A DNA stretch of 64,000 bases, from the NCBI GenBank assembly GCA_963781585.1, contig CAWAGQ010000004.1, positions 352,001 to 416,000 of the forward strand. The letters run 5' to 3'. The notes beneath the pieces were generated by a model. It was not told the DNA's origin, ran no database searches, and was given only the letters and a program-made list of their open reading frames with translations. Position numbers and translations under genes: made by a program. Positions 29,816-40,080 of this stretch are shown here, piece after piece. Each line of letters opens with the position of its first letter. The stretch's first letter is position 1. The stretch comes from an uncultured Gemmatimonadaceae bacterium. Lineage in GTDB: Bacteria > Gemmatimonadota > Gemmatimonadetes > Gemmatimonadales > Gemmatimonadaceae.

Positions 29816-31612
29816 ATGGTGATCTGGCTCTGCGCGCTGGCGGCGGGAGCAGCGGCCGCGCTCTGGATGTACGGCGGGCGGCCGTCACGACGGGCCGCCG
29901 GGGTGGCGCTGGCGCTGCGTGCGATCGCGGTGACCGGCGCGATTGCGCTGCTGCTGAATGCCGTGGTCGGTGCACGTCGCGCGGCGCGGCCGCTGGTGGC
30001 GCTCGACGTGTCGGCGAGTTGGCTTCGCGGCCACGACACCTCGGCCTTCGCGTCGGCGGTAGACCGCGCCCGAGGCGACGGAAACGGCGGCCTGTTGGTC
30101 TTCGGCGATTCGACGCGGACGTTGTCGGGCGCGGCGGCGGCCGGCGATGTGGCGTCGCGCGTGCGCCCCGCGGTCGAGCGCGCGCTGGCCGGGGGTCGCC
30201 CCCTGGAGATCGTGACCGATGGCGAGATCGACGACCCCGACGCGCTGGCGGCGCTCCCCGGGGGATCGCGGGTCATTATCCTGGGGACCCGCCCGTCGCG
30301 CGACGTCGCGGTCAGCGAGGTCCGCATCCCGCGCGCGGCCGTGGCCGGCGATACCGTCGAAGCGGACATCGGTCTGGTCGCCGCAAACGCCGGGGCTCCG
30401 GCTGGGCAGCTCACGATCACGCTGGGCGACCGCCGGGTGGAGACCATCGTGGTGGACTCGTTAGGTCCGTTCGGCGAACGACTCGTGCACGCGCGGATCG
30501 CCGTCCCCGCCGTCAGCGGCGCCCTGCTGCTCCGCGCGGCGGTCGAGGCACGCGGCGACGAGGAGCCACGCAATGACACCCTGGCGGTGACGCTCGACAT
30601 CTCGCCGGGCGCGGCCGCGGTCCTGGTCGCGACGTCACCCGACTACGACGTCCGCGAGCTGGCGGCGGTACTGCGCGGGACGGTGTCGCTTCCCACGCGC
30701 GGATTCTACCGGGTCGCGCCCGAGGTGTGGCGGGAGGATGGGTCGCTTGCGCCAGCAACGATCGATGCCGTACGCCGCGCGGCGCGCGATGCCCCTCTGC
30801 TGATTGTCGATGGGGACACCGCCCTGTTCGGCGACCCGCGCGCCTTCGCCCGGGGCTCCCTGCTGCTGATCGCGCCGCCCACGTCGGCGTCGGGCGAATG
30901 GTTCGCCACCGGTACCCCCGTCTCGCCAATGGCCGCAACCCTTGGCGGGTCGCCGTGGGACAGCCTGCCCCCGCTGGACGTGGCGGCACAGATCCCCGAG
31001 GGCGATTTCGAGATCCTGGAAACGAGGAGGGCACGCCGGCTGGACCGGCGCGTGGCGGCGGTGGGCTGGGAGCATCCCCGACGCGTGGTGCTCGTGGCGG
31101 CGTCGGGATTCTGGCGCTGGCGATTCCACGGGGGGGTGGGAACCGGCGTGCACGCGGCCTTCTGGGGAAGCGTGATCGACTGGCTTTCGGCGGAGCGGAG
31201 CGACGTGCGGGCTGCCGTTCCGGTTGATGGAGCGGTGCGGGCCGGACAGCAGGTGCGGTGGCGACGTGGATCGGCTGCCGACACCGTGGTCACGGTGACA
31301 CTTGCGAGGCGCTCCCCGCCGGCCACCGACACGCTGACGCTCCGGTTCCCCGGCGGAACGCTTTTCGCCGAGACGCCGCCGCTCCAGGTTGGCACGTACG
31401 ACCTGACGATGCGCGGTGGACGCGCGATGCTGGTGGTGAATCCATCGGCGGAGTATCTGCCGCGGCGTCCAAGCGTTCGGGCCGGCGAAGTTGGCGCTGC
31501 GGTGGCCTTGTCCGACGCGCCGCGGCTGCGCTCGTTCGGCTGGATCTTCGCGCTCGTGATCGCGGCGCTCTGCGCGGAGTGGATCATGAGGCGACGGCTG
31601 GGCCTTCGCTGA
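29816..31612 (+). CDS. Membrane protein with vWA-like domain
   Basis: N-terminal TMs, LDVSAS (DxSxS) and VTDGE MIDAS-like motifs, GFWRW, C-terminal TM ending EWIMRRRLGL. Confidence 0.7.
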   Translation: MVIWLCALAAGAAAALWMYGGRPSRRAAGVALALRAIAVTGAIALLLNAVVGARRAARPLVALDVSASWLRGHDTSAFASAVDRARGDGNGGLLVFGDSTRTLSGAAAAGDVASRVRPAVERALAGGRPLEIVTDGEIDDPDALAALPGGSRVIILGTRPSRDVAVSEVRIPRAAVAGDTVEADIGLVAANAGAPAGQLTITLGDRRVETIVVDSLGPFGERLVHARIAVPAVSGALLLRAAVEARGDEEPRNDTLAVTLDISPGAAAVLVATSPDYDVRELAAVLRGTVSLPTRGFYRVAPEVWREDGSLAPATIDAVRRAARDAPLLIVDGDTALFGDPRAFARGSLLLIAPPTSASGEWFATGTPVSPMAATLGGSPWDSLPPLDVAAQIPEGDFEILETRRARRLDRRVAAVGWEHPRRVVLVAASGFWRWRFHGGVGTGVHAAFWGSVIDWLSAERSDVRAAVPVDGAVRAGQQVRWRRGSAADTVVTVTLARRSPPATDTLTLRFPGGTLFAETPPLQVGTYDLTMRGGRAMLVVNPSAEYLPRRPSVRAGEVGAAVALSDAPRLRSFGWIFALVIAALCAEWIMRRRLGLR

Positions 31613-31750
31613 CGTCGCCGGGCACGCCAAAGCGGCCGCCGGCTTGCGCCGGGTTCGGGAAGAGTGTCGCGCGGATCAGGCGCGGCCCGGTGGCGCTCGC
31701 GCGGCCGCCGGCCGCTGCACGAGGGTGTCGCGCCGGTCTACCTTTCGGCG

Positions 31751-32683
31751 ATGAGCCGACTCGTCCGTCGCGCCGGCGACCTGCCCCGGAAGTCCCTCTG
31801 GCAGCGGATCCGCGATCTGGCCCTTGCCGACGTGAATGTTCTGGCGCGCGGGGGGGTGAAATCGGGGTCGTTGGAGCGGCTCGAGGAGCTGCTGCTGGAA
31901 TCCGACTTCGGGGTGCCGACCACACTCCGCCTGGTCGCCGAGGTCGAGGCGCGGGCGCGCCAGGGCGAGGTGAAGACGGCGGAGGAGTTTCTCGGGGCGC
32001 TGCACGAGGGTATCGTCGCCGCGCTCCAGAGTGGCAATGCCGCGACGGCGCTCACCTTCGCCGGCGGAAAACCGACCGTGATCGCGGTGATCGGCGTCAA
32101 CGGTGCGGGGAAGACCACCTTCATCGGCAAGCTCGCGGCCCGGTTGCGGGCGGAGGGCAGATCGGTCATCGTGGGCGCCGCCGACACGTTTCGCGCGGGG
32201 GCGATTGATCAGTTGCGCCTCTGGGCGGAGCGGAGCGGCGCGGCGTTCATCGGCGGCAAGCCCGGGGGCGATCCGGCTGCGGTGGCCTACGATGCGGTTG
32301 ACGCCGGCGTGACGCGGGGTGCGGATGTTGTCCTGATCGATACGGCGGGAAGGCTCCACACCAGCGGAAACCTGATGGAGGAGTTGAAGAAGGTAGTGCG
32401 GGTTGTGGGACGGAGGTTGCCCGAGGCGCCACACGAAACGCTGCTGGTGCTGGATGGCACCGTGGGGCAGAATGCCGTCGCGCAGGCGAGGACGTTCGCC
32501 GAGGCGGTACCAGTCACCGGCCTGGTGGTCACGAAGATCGACGGAACAGCCCGTGGCGGGATCGTGGTGGCGGTGCACGAGGCGATTGACGTCCCGGTCA
32601 AATTCATCGGTGTCGGCGAGAAGTTGGAGGACCTCATCCCGTTCGAGGCCGGCGAGTTCGCGCGCAGCGTGCTGGAGGAGTGA
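31751..32683 (+). CDS. ftsY: SRP receptor FtsY
   Basis: GVNGAGKTT, DTFRAGA, DTAGR, TKIDGTARGG, GVGEKLEDL. Confidence 0.97.
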   Translation: MSRLVRRAGDLPRKSLWQRIRDLALADVNVLARGGVKSGSLERLEELLLESDFGVPTTLRLVAEVEARARQGEVKTAEEFLGALHEGIVAALQSGNAATALTFAGGKPTVIAVIGVNGAGKTTFIGKLAARLRAEGRSVIVGAADTFRAGAIDQLRLWAERSGAAFIGGKPGGDPAAVAYDAVDAGVTRGADVVLIDTAGRLHTSGNLMEELKKVVRVVGRRLPEAPHETLLVLDGTVGQNAVAQARTFAEAVPVTGLVVTKIDGTARGGIVVAVHEAIDVPVKFIGVGEKLEDLIPFEAGEFARSVLEE

Positions 32684-32719
32684 GCGCGGCGCCGGTCGTG
32701 CGGCTCACGAGAATCCACG

Positions 32720-34861
32720 GTGCCTGACGACTCCAAGCGCGCCACGCAGCCGGCACGGGATCTCCGCCGCGAGCATCCGGCGGCCGGTACCCGGCCCCGG
32801 GTGCGACTCGACATGCCGGTGCAGTTTCTCAAGGGGGTGGGCGAGCGACGCGCCGAGGCGCTGGCGCGGATCGGGATCCACACCGCCGGCGACCTGCTGT
32901 ATCACGTCCCGCACCGCTACGAGGATGCCAGCACCATTACGCCGATCGCCGCGGTGCGCGTCGGCACGGACGCGACGATCCTCGGACGGGTGGTCTCCAA
33001 GGGGATTCTGCCGACCCGAAAGGGCCTGCGCATCTTCCAGGTGGTGCTCCGCGACCGGAGCGGGATGATCGAAGCGTCGTGGCCGGGCCAGCCCTTCCTC
33101 GACCGCACGATCGAGAAGGGAGATGTGTTGCTGCTCACCGGACCGTGCCGCTTCTATCATGGGCGTCAGTTGCAACCCCGGGAGTTCGTCAATCTCGGCG
33201 CCGATGACAGCGGCAACGCCGCGGGGCGCGTGCTGGCGGTGTATCCGGCCACCGAAGGGCTCAGCGTCAGGCAGATCCGCGGGATCATCGAGCAGCATCT
33301 CGACGGGTTGCTGGCGCTGGTGGTGGAGCACCTGCCTGACGAGATCAGGGTGGAGGCCGGTCAGCCGCCGCTGCGCGACGCGCTCGAACGGGTGCATCGC
33401 CCGGGCACCGTCGCCGACGCCGAGCGTGGTCGCGCGCGGCTGGCATTTGATGAGCTGCTGTTCGTGCAGATCCTGCACCGTCGGGCCAACATGGTGGCCC
33501 GCGAGCCGCGCGCGGGCATTGTGTTCGCCCGCCGGAGGACGCTCACCACCCGTCTCAAGGACGCTCTGCCGTTCACCCTCACTGGCGCCCAGACGCGAGC
33601 CATTCGCGAAATCGTGGGCGATATGTGTTCGGCGCGGCGGATGCACCGGTTGCTGCAGGGAGACGTGGGCAGCGGCAAGACCGTGGTGGCGGTGTTCGCC
33701 GCGCTGCTGGCGCTGGAGAACGAGTACCAGAGTGCGATCATGGCTCCCACCGAGCTGCTCGCCGAGCAGCACGCCCGCTCGATCGGCCGGTTGCTCGAGC
33801 CGTCAGGGATCGCGCCGCTGCTGGTGATCGGCAGTCTCGGGGCGCGGGAGCGCCGCGCGGCGGAGGCGCGGCTGGCCACGGACGAGCCGCTCCTCGCCGT
33901 CGGGACGCACGCACTGGTGCAGGGGGCTACGCGCTTCGGCCGGCTCGGGCTGGCGGTGGTGGACGAGCAGCACCGGTTCGGCGTGGAGCAACGCGCCGCG
34001 CTGGGCGCCAAGGGCGAGGCGCCGGACGTTCTGCTGATGAGCGCCACGCCAATCCCGCGATCGCTGGCGCTCACGCTGTACGGCGATCTCGACGTGAGCA
34101 TTCTCGACGAACGGCCACCGGGTCGGCGTCCGGTGGAGACCGTGCTCCGGCCGACGTCCGGACGGGGCCGCGTCCTCGAGTTTCTCAACCGGGAGATCGA
34201 GAAGGGCCACCAGGGCTACATCGTCTATCCGATCATCGAGGAATCCGAAAAGGTGGCGCTGAAAGCGGCGACTACCATGTACGAGCAGCTCTCCGACGGG
34301 GTGCTGCGACACCGACGGTTGGCGCTGGTGCACGGACGCGTGCCCGCCGACGAGCGCGATCTGCTCATGCGACGCTTTCGCGATGGTGCAATCGACCTTC
34401 TCGTGGCCACCACGGTCATCGAGGTCGGCATCGACGTACCCAATGCCACGGTCATGGTGATCGAGCATCCCGAGCGGTTCGGCCTCTCGCAGCTTCATCA
34501 GCTCCGCGGCCGTGTGGGTCGCGGGGGCGAGGAATCGTACTGCATCCTGCTGGCTGATACCGGAAACGACGCCGCGGCGCGTCTCCGGCTATTTGCGTCG
34601 ACCGACGACGGCTTCGAGATCGCGCGGGCGGACCTGCGCATGCGCGGCATGGGCGACCTGTTCGGGGAGCGTCAGAGCGGACGTCCCGTGTTCCGGGTAG
34701 CCGATCCGTTCCGGGATGAGGCGCTGAACGTGCAGGCACGCGCGACCGCCGAGCGTTTGATTGGGGCCGATCCCGACCTCACACGGCCGGAGCATTCCGG
34801 ACTGCGTCGCGTGCTGGGTGAGCGCTACGCACGCGCCATGGAGCTCTTCCGCGTCGGATAA
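32720..34861 (+). CDS. recG: ATP-dependent DNA helicase RecG
   Basis: LQGDVGSGKT, DEQHRFG, MSATPIPR, QLHQLRGRVGRG. Confidence 0.96.
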   Translation: MPDDSKRATQPARDLRREHPAAGTRPRVRLDMPVQFLKGVGERRAEALARIGIHTAGDLLYHVPHRYEDASTITPIAAVRVGTDATILGRVVSKGILPTRKGLRIFQVVLRDRSGMIEASWPGQPFLDRTIEKGDVLLLTGPCRFYHGRQLQPREFVNLGADDSGNAAGRVLAVYPATEGLSVRQIRGIIEQHLDGLLALVVEHLPDEIRVEAGQPPLRDALERVHRPGTVADAERGRARLAFDELLFVQILHRRANMVAREPRAGIVFARRRTLTTRLKDALPFTLTGAQTRAIREIVGDMCSARRMHRLLQGDVGSGKTVVAVFAALLALENEYQSAIMAPTELLAEQHARSIGRLLEPSGIAPLLVIGSLGARERRAAEARLATDEPLLAVGTHALVQGATRFGRLGLAVVDEQHRFGVEQRAALGAKGEAPDVLLMSATPIPRSLALTLYGDLDVSILDERPPGRRPVETVLRPTSGRGRVLEFLNREIEKGHQGYIVYPIIEESEKVALKAATTMYEQLSDGVLRHRRLALVHGRVPADERDLLMRRFRDGAIDLLVATTVIEVGIDVPNATVMVIEHPERFGLSQLHQLRGRVGRGGEESYCILLADTGNDAAARLRLFASTDDGFEIARADLRMRGMGDLFGERQSGRPVFRVADPFRDEALNVQARATAERLIGADPDLTRPEHSGLRRVLGERYARAMELFRVG

Positions 34862-34880
34862 CCCCCCGGTCCGGTGGCGG

Positions 34881-35444
34881 CTAGAGCGGGGGCTTCTTCG
34901 TTTCCGGCTTGGGCATGAGACGGCGCTTGATGCGCTCCAGTTCGCTCAGCGCCTTCTCGAGTTCGTCGGACAGGCGCTTCACTTCATCCTGCTTGGCCTG
35001 GTCGCGAGCGTCGGCGGCAGCGCGCACCGCCACCACCGTCGCACGCGTTGAATCGATGACCTCCACCATCCGACGGAGGATCTCCGCCTCGCCGTAACGG
35101 GGCATGGTGGGACCGCCATTCAGATAGGTATCGAACGCGGCGAGCTGGTCGCGTACGTTCACTTCCTTGTTGAGTGGGTCGGCCCGGAACAACGCGCGCC
35201 AGAAATCCGCGTCGGCGCCTTCTGCGGTTCCGGCGTTTTGCACCGCGAATTCGGCGAGAATGCGATCGGCGTCGGCGAATCGGCCTGACGCGGCGGCACG
35301 GCGGGCATTGGCCAGCACCGCGGGCCAGGGGGAAACCACAGTCGGCGGATCGAGCACGACCACGGGGACCGGCGGAGGAGGCGGCAGCGGCCGACTGCAG
35401 GCGACCGCGACCGTCGCCACGAGGAGCGTGAGGCGCCGCATCAC
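34881..35444 (-). CDS. Lipoprotein with helical domain and C-terminal coiled coil
   Basis: Lipobox VAVA-C, Pro-rich linker, C-terminal RLSDELEKALSELERIKRRL. 4-nt overlap with the upstream kinase. Confidence 0.75.
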   Translation of the reverse strand: MMRRLTLLVATVAVACSRPLPPPPPVPVVVLDPPTVVSPWPAVLANARRAAASGRFADADRILAEFAVQNAGTAEGADADFWRALFRADPLNKEVNVRDQLAAFDTYLNGGPTMPRYGEAEILRRMVEVIDSTRATVVAVRAAADARDQAKQDEVKRLSDELEKALSELERIKRRLMPKPETKKPPL

Positions 35445-36982
35445 GCAGCCGCTCCGGCGCCGGTGGTGTCGCCTGCGTGAGCCGGGCCGCCAGGGCTCAG
35501 GGACGGGTCGGATCTGGCCGCGCTGATGACGCGCCGTACCACACGGATGGGAAGTCGAATGATGAACGTGGTACCAACTCCGACGCTGCTCTCGACGGCG
35601 ATGCTGCCGCCGTGCTCTGTGACGATACTCTTGGCGATGGCGAGGCCAAGCCCGGTGCCGCGCAATGCGGTGGGCGTGTTGGTGTCCGCCTGATAGAACT
35701 TCTCGAAGATGTGCGGCAGCTGCTCGGCCGGAATGCCAGCGCCAGTGTCACGCACTCGCATGCTGACCTCGTCGCCGACGCGCGAAACGCTGAGTGCCAC
35801 GCGCCCACCCCGCGCCGTGAACTTGAACGCGTTCGAGAGGAGGTTGCCGAGGACCTCGTTGATGCGTTCGGCATCCCAGGACACCTCGTGCGGGAGGTCG
35901 AGCTCCCGGCGTACCTCGAAGGCGACGTCGCGCTGGAGGGCGAGCACGCGGAACGCACGCTCCAGATCGGAGAGGAAATCCTCGAGCACGAACGGCCGGA
36001 CGTCGAGCTTGCCCCCGCCCGCGTCGAACCGGCTGACATCGAGCAGTTGGCGTACGAGTCGCGACAGCAACTGCGTCTGCGACGTGAGGGTGTCGCAGAT
36101 CTCGCGCTGTTTGGGCGTCAACTCGCCGTACACGTTTTCCTGTAGCAGCTGCAGGTACCCCAGCATGACGTTTACCGGCGTCTTGAGCTCGTGCGATGCT
36201 ACCGACACAAACTCGGCCTTCAGCCGGTCGAGCTCCTGAAGCTGTTGTGCCATGGATCGGAAGCTCTCGGCCAGCCTTCCGAATTCGTCGCTCCGGTCGC
36301 CGGTGATTGCAAGGGGGCGGCTGAAATGGCCTTCCGCCACCGCGCGCATACCAGCCTCGAGCTCCCGCATCGGCGTGTTGATCGACCGACTCAGCCAGAG
36401 GGCGATCCCGAAGGCAAGGAGGATGGCCATCGCCAGCGCAGCGATGGCTACCAATCGCGCCTGTATCGTCTCGTCGGCAAACTCCTGCACGCGATCGGAC
36501 GTTCGCTGCTGCAGAGCGAGCTCGGTGTTCTCGATCATGCGCGCGATGTCCCGCAGGGCAGGCGCCATGACCAGGTCCACGATGGAGTCGGCGGCCGAAA
36601 CGCGTCCGCCGCGCCACAGGGAATAGGCATGCGGCGCCTGCTCCTGGAGCCGCGACACCGCCGGGTGCAGGCGCGACAGGGGAGAACCTTCGGTGAGCCG
36701 CTGGAGGGAATCGGACTGCACCAGGAGCGTCGAGAGTCCGTCGATGAAGAGCCGGAGCTCGGTGTCGCTCGGGACGACCGTCAGCAACTTGTTGTTCTGG
36801 ACCAGCTCATCGTCCACCTGGCGCATCCGCCCCACCAGCAGCGTGGCCGCATACTCATGGTCGCGGAGCTCGATGGTCTGGCCCTGGAGCCGCTGGAGCG
36901 ACTGGAGCGACAGCACAAGCGGCGCCACGAGGACGACCGCAATTGCGATGATGCCGGCGTGGAGTCGGGTCTGGAGATTCAA
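35441..36982 (-). CDS. Membrane sensor histidine kinase (HAMP-HisKA-HATPase)
   Basis: Two TMs, HAMP (DEFGRLAESF), H-box SHELKTP, NLLSNAFKF, DTGAGI, GTGLGL. Start is TTG 36982 or GTG 37027. Confidence 0.92.
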   Translation of the reverse strand: MNLQTRLHAGIIAIAVVLVAPLVLSLQSLQRLQGQTIELRDHEYAATLLVGRMRQVDDELVQNNKLLTVVPSDTELRLFIDGLSTLLVQSDSLQRLTEGSPLSRLHPAVSRLQEQAPHAYSLWRGGRVSAADSIVDLVMAPALRDIARMIENTELALQQRTSDRVQEFADETIQARLVAIAALAMAILLAFGIALWLSRSINTPMRELEAGMRAVAEGHFSRPLAITGDRSDEFGRLAESFRSMAQQLQELDRLKAEFVSVASHELKTPVNVMLGYLQLLQENVYGELTPKQREICDTLTSQTQLLSRLVRQLLDVSRFDAGGGKLDVRPFVLEDFLSDLERAFRVLALQRDVAFEVRRELDLPHEVSWDAERINEVLGNLLSNAFKFTARGGRVALSVSRVGDEVSMRVRDTGAGIPAEQLPHIFEKFYQADTNTPTALRGTGLGLAIAKSIVTEHGGSIAVESSVGVGTTFIIRLPIRVVRRVISAARSDPSLSPGGPAHAGDTTGAGAAA

Positions 36983-37080
36983 ATCGTGTTGCCGTTGGAA
37001 TGGATTCGCGACGATTCGTCGACCCACCTGGAGCTATCAGAATGTGTGGCGCCGGGTCGAAGCGGTACTAGTCGTTGAAG

Positions 37081-37109
37081 TTGCAGCACATAGAGGGCTC
37101 TCATAGCTT
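37081..37109 (+). promoter_or_regulatory. Putative sigma70 promoter of asnS
   Basis: TTGCAG, 17 nt, TAGCTT. Confidence 0.5.
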
Positions 37110-37146
37110 ACGGCCCTTCACTCCCTTTTTCGCCTGGCCACGACCC

Positions 37147-38448
37147 GTGTCGCAGCCGTTTTCCCACGTATCTGACTTGCCGGCCCATGTCGGCGCCACG
37201 ATCACCGTGCGCGGATGGGTAACGCACGTGCGCTCCTCGGGAAAGGTAGCGTTTCTGGTGCTGCGCGATGGCACCGGCCTGCTGCAGGGTGTGCTGATGA
37301 AGAATGACGCGTCCCCTGAGGCCTGGGCACGATTTTCGGCGCTGACACAGGAGACCTGCGTCGCGGTCACGGGACTGGTCCGGGCCGACGCGCGAGCGCC
37401 CGGCGGATTTGAGATGGGGATCACCAACCTCGAGGTCCTGGGTGCGAGTCCGGTGGACTACCCGATCCAGCCGAAGGAACACGGGATCGACTTCCTGCTG
37501 GACAATCGCCACCTCTGGATCCGATCGCCCCGCCAGGTGGCGATCCTCCGCGTGCGCCATGAGATCGAGCAGGCGATCCACGACTTCTTCTACCAGCGTG
37601 GTTTCGTCCATGTGGATACTCCGATCCTTACCGCCGCAATCGGTGAGCGAAGCGGGCTGTTTCAGACCGAGTACTTCGACGAGGGCTTTGCCTACCTCGC
37701 GCAGACCGGCCAGCTCTATGGCGAGGCAGCGGCTGCGGCGCTGGGGTGCATCTACACCTTCGGGCCGACCTTCCGTGCCGAGAAGTCGAAGACCCGCCGC
37801 CACCTGACCGAGTTCTGGATGATCGAGCCGGAGATGGCGTTTTACGACACGAATGACAATATGCGCCTTCAGGAAGATCTGCTCGCCTACATCGTGGAGC
37901 GGGCTCTCGCCCGACGACGCGAAGAACTCCGGGTGCTGGAGCGAGACACGGAGAAGCTGGAGCGTGTACGACCGCCGTTCCCGCGGGTGGAGTACACCGA
38001 GGCGGTGAAGATCCTGAAGCGGAAGGGGAGCGCCATCGAGTGGGGACAGGACCTGGGCGCGGAAGACGAATCGCTGCTGGTGGAGGATCACGAGACACCG
38101 GTGTTCGTCTGCAACTATCCCCGGGAAGCGAAGGCGTTCTACATGAAGGTGAACCCCGCGGATCCCCGAACCGTGCTCTGTGATGATTGCCTGGCCCCCG
38201 AAGGATACGGCGAGATCATCGGAGGTTCGCAACGCGAGGACGACTATGACACCCTCGTGGCCCGAATTCGTGAGGAAGGGCTCCCGTTCGACGCATACGG
38301 ATGGTATCTGGACCTGCGCCGCTACGGCACGTTCGTCCATTCGGGGTTCGGGCTCGGTCTGGAGCGCACCGTCGCCTGGGTCTGCGGCACGCCGCATATT
38401 CGCGAATGCGTGGCATTCCCGCGCATGATGAACCGGTTGAGGCCGTAG
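37147..38448 (+). CDS. asnS: Asparagine--tRNA ligase
   Basis: GWV...LRDGTG OB fold, FRAEKSKTRRHLTEFWMIEPE, GEIIGGSQRE, GFGLGLER. Confidence 0.95.
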   Translation: MSQPFSHVSDLPAHVGATITVRGWVTHVRSSGKVAFLVLRDGTGLLQGVLMKNDASPEAWARFSALTQETCVAVTGLVRADARAPGGFEMGITNLEVLGASPVDYPIQPKEHGIDFLLDNRHLWIRSPRQVAILRVRHEIEQAIHDFFYQRGFVHVDTPILTAAIGERSGLFQTEYFDEGFAYLAQTGQLYGEAAAAALGCIYTFGPTFRAEKSKTRRHLTEFWMIEPEMAFYDTNDNMRLQEDLLAYIVERALARRREELRVLERDTEKLERVRPPFPRVEYTEAVKILKRKGSAIEWGQDLGAEDESLLVEDHETPVFVCNYPREAKAFYMKVNPADPRTVLCDDCLAPEGYGEIIGGSQREDDYDTLVARIREEGLPFDAYGWYLDLRRYGTFVHSGFGLGLERTVAWVCGTPHIRECVAFPRMMNRLRP

Positions 38449-38465
38449 AGATGCAAGGGTCTGCC

Positions 38466-38526
38466 GTCAGCGATCAGCCATCAGCGCTCGACTGACCGCT
38501 GACCGCTGACCGCTGACTGCTGATGA
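38466..38526. repeat. Inverted array of 7-bp tandem repeats
   Basis: GTCAGCG-ATCAGCC-ATCAGCG, 5-nt spacer, then CTGACCG x3, CTGACTG, CTGATGA. Confidence 0.8.
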
Positions 38527-38555
38527 CAGATACCTGAAACCTGCCTTTCCCTTCC

Positions 38556-39113
38556 ATGTCCATCGCCGGTTCGTTTCTCCAGCGTACGCGCTACTACCTG
38601 GTGACGGAGTATCCCGCCAAGATCCGCTCGGCCGTGGAGGCGCTGCCCGCCGACCGCTTGTGGTGGAGGCCTAACGAGCAAAGCAACAGCGCGGGGAATC
38701 TGCTGCTCCACCTGTCCGGCAACGTGCGACAGTGGATTGTCAGTGGTGTGGGTGGCGTACCGGACGTCCGGAAACGCGACATGGAATTTGCGGCGAGGGG
38801 CGGGGCCGGGGCCCCCGAGATGCTCACGATGCTCGACGCGACGATGCGCGAAGCGGATGCCGTCATTCGCGGGCTCATGCCGAGCGAGCTGGTGGAGCGA
38901 CGAACGATCCAGGGACGTGACACCACCGTATTCGAAGCGCTGTACCACGTCGTGGAGCATTTCTCCGGACACGCGGCGCAGATCATTCTGTTGACGAAGA
39001 TGATGGCTCCGGGATCGATCCGTTTCTACGACGATGCCGACGGACTGGCCCGCCCCAATTTCCTGGGTCCGGGGAAGTTCGAGATGGGAGACCGCCGAAG
39101 CCCCGGCGCCTAG
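38556..39113 (+). CDS. DinB/DUF1572-family four-helix protein
   Basis: WWRPNEQSNSAGNLLLHLSGN, RDMEF, HVVEHFSGHAAQI. Confidence 0.85.
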   Translation: MSIAGSFLQRTRYYLVTEYPAKIRSAVEALPADRLWWRPNEQSNSAGNLLLHLSGNVRQWIVSGVGGVPDVRKRDMEFAARGGAGAPEMLTMLDATMREADAVIRGLMPSELVERRTIQGRDTTVFEALYHVVEHFSGHAAQIILLTKMMAPGSIRFYDDADGLARPNFLGPGKFEMGDRRSPGA

Positions 39114-39241
39114 TCGCTCACATCGCGCGACCTCGAGGCTCGAGATACGGAAACAACGCTCCCGCCCGAGTCAGGTGTTGCCGCCTCGGCCCGGCAACGG
39201 CCGGTCATGGGCCAGCAGCGTCGATGGAACCGACCGCTGCT

Positions 39242-40033
39242 TCAACCGCCTTGACGTTCGAGGGCCTTCACCTCATCCCAGAGCGCGTCCAGGACGCTGA
39301 GCCCCCCGGCCGACACGTCGATCCCGCGCTCGGCAGCGAGCCGCTCCACCGCGCCGAAGCGGCGAGCGAATTTCGCGTTCGCGCGATCGAGAGCGATCGC
39401 AGCGTGCACGCCGGCCTTTCGGCACAGATTCACTACCGCGAATAGCAGGTCGCCCAGCTCGGCCTCGAGTTCTCCTCGCGGCTCGGCCTGTGTGGATGCG
39501 TACGCCGGTGCCTCCGGTGGAGTCGCCGGCAAGTGTGCGCGTACTTCCCGGAGTTCCTCTTCCACCTTGTCCGCGGGTCCACTCACGTCGCTCCAATCGA
39601 ATCCCACGCCGGCGGCGCGATCCTGCAGGCGATGCGCCCGATGCAACGATGGCAGGCCCGCCGGCAGGCCCGCCTCGATCGACGTGCGCGTACTCGCCTT
39701 CATGCGTTCCCAGGGCTCGCGCACCGAGCCGCTGTAGAGGTGGGGGTGCCGCCGACGCATCTTGGCGATCAGGCCGCCGGCCACCTGGCCGATGTCGAAC
39801 GCGCCGCGTTCTTCGGCGACCACGGAATGGAAGAGTACCTGGAGCAGTACGTCGCCGAGCTCTTCACGCATGGCGCCGTCGTCGGCGTCCCGGATGGCCT
39901 CATCGAGTTCGTTTGCCTCCTCGATGAGATAGGGCCGCAGCGAGTCGTGCGTTTGCGCGGCATCCCACTCGCAGCGGCTGCGAAGATCGCGCATGAGCGC
40001 GAGCGTATCTTCAAGTGTGGCCTTAGCTTGCAT
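39242..40033 (-). CDS. mazG: Nucleoside triphosphate pyrophosphohydrolase MazG
   Basis: CEWDAAQT, EEANE, EELGDVLLQ, RRHPH, GFDW, ELGDLLF. Confidence 0.95.
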   Translation of the reverse strand: MQAKATLEDTLALMRDLRSRCEWDAAQTHDSLRPYLIEEANELDEAIRDADDGAMREELGDVLLQVLFHSVVAEERGAFDIGQVAGGLIAKMRRRHPHLYSGSVREPWERMKASTRTSIEAGLPAGLPSLHRAHRLQDRAAGVGFDWSDVSGPADKVEEELREVRAHLPATPPEAPAYASTQAEPRGELEAELGDLLFAVVNLCRKAGVHAAIALDRANAKFARRFGAVERLAAERGIDVSAGGLSVLDALWDEVKALERQGG

Positions 40034-40056
40034 AGGCTCCTCGGGTCGGGTATACT
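40028..40056 (+). promoter_or_regulatory. Sigma70 promoter for the alr operon, overlapping the mazG start
   Basis: TTGCAT (40028-40033), 17 nt, TATACT (40051-40056). Confidence 0.65.
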
Positions 40057-40080
40057 ATGCCCCTCGCAATTCCCACGTCA

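Noticed and set aside
10613..37092. 12-bp TTGCAGCACATA shared by two intergenic regions (10613-10624 on the - strand, 37081-37092 on +)
   Set aside because: A single 12-bp match is plausible by chance, and no third copy was seen.
39177..39198. GTTGCCG/CGGCAAC hairpin between the convergent dinB-family gene and mazG
   Set aside because: Short stem with no U-tract on either side, so it is insufficient to call a terminator.
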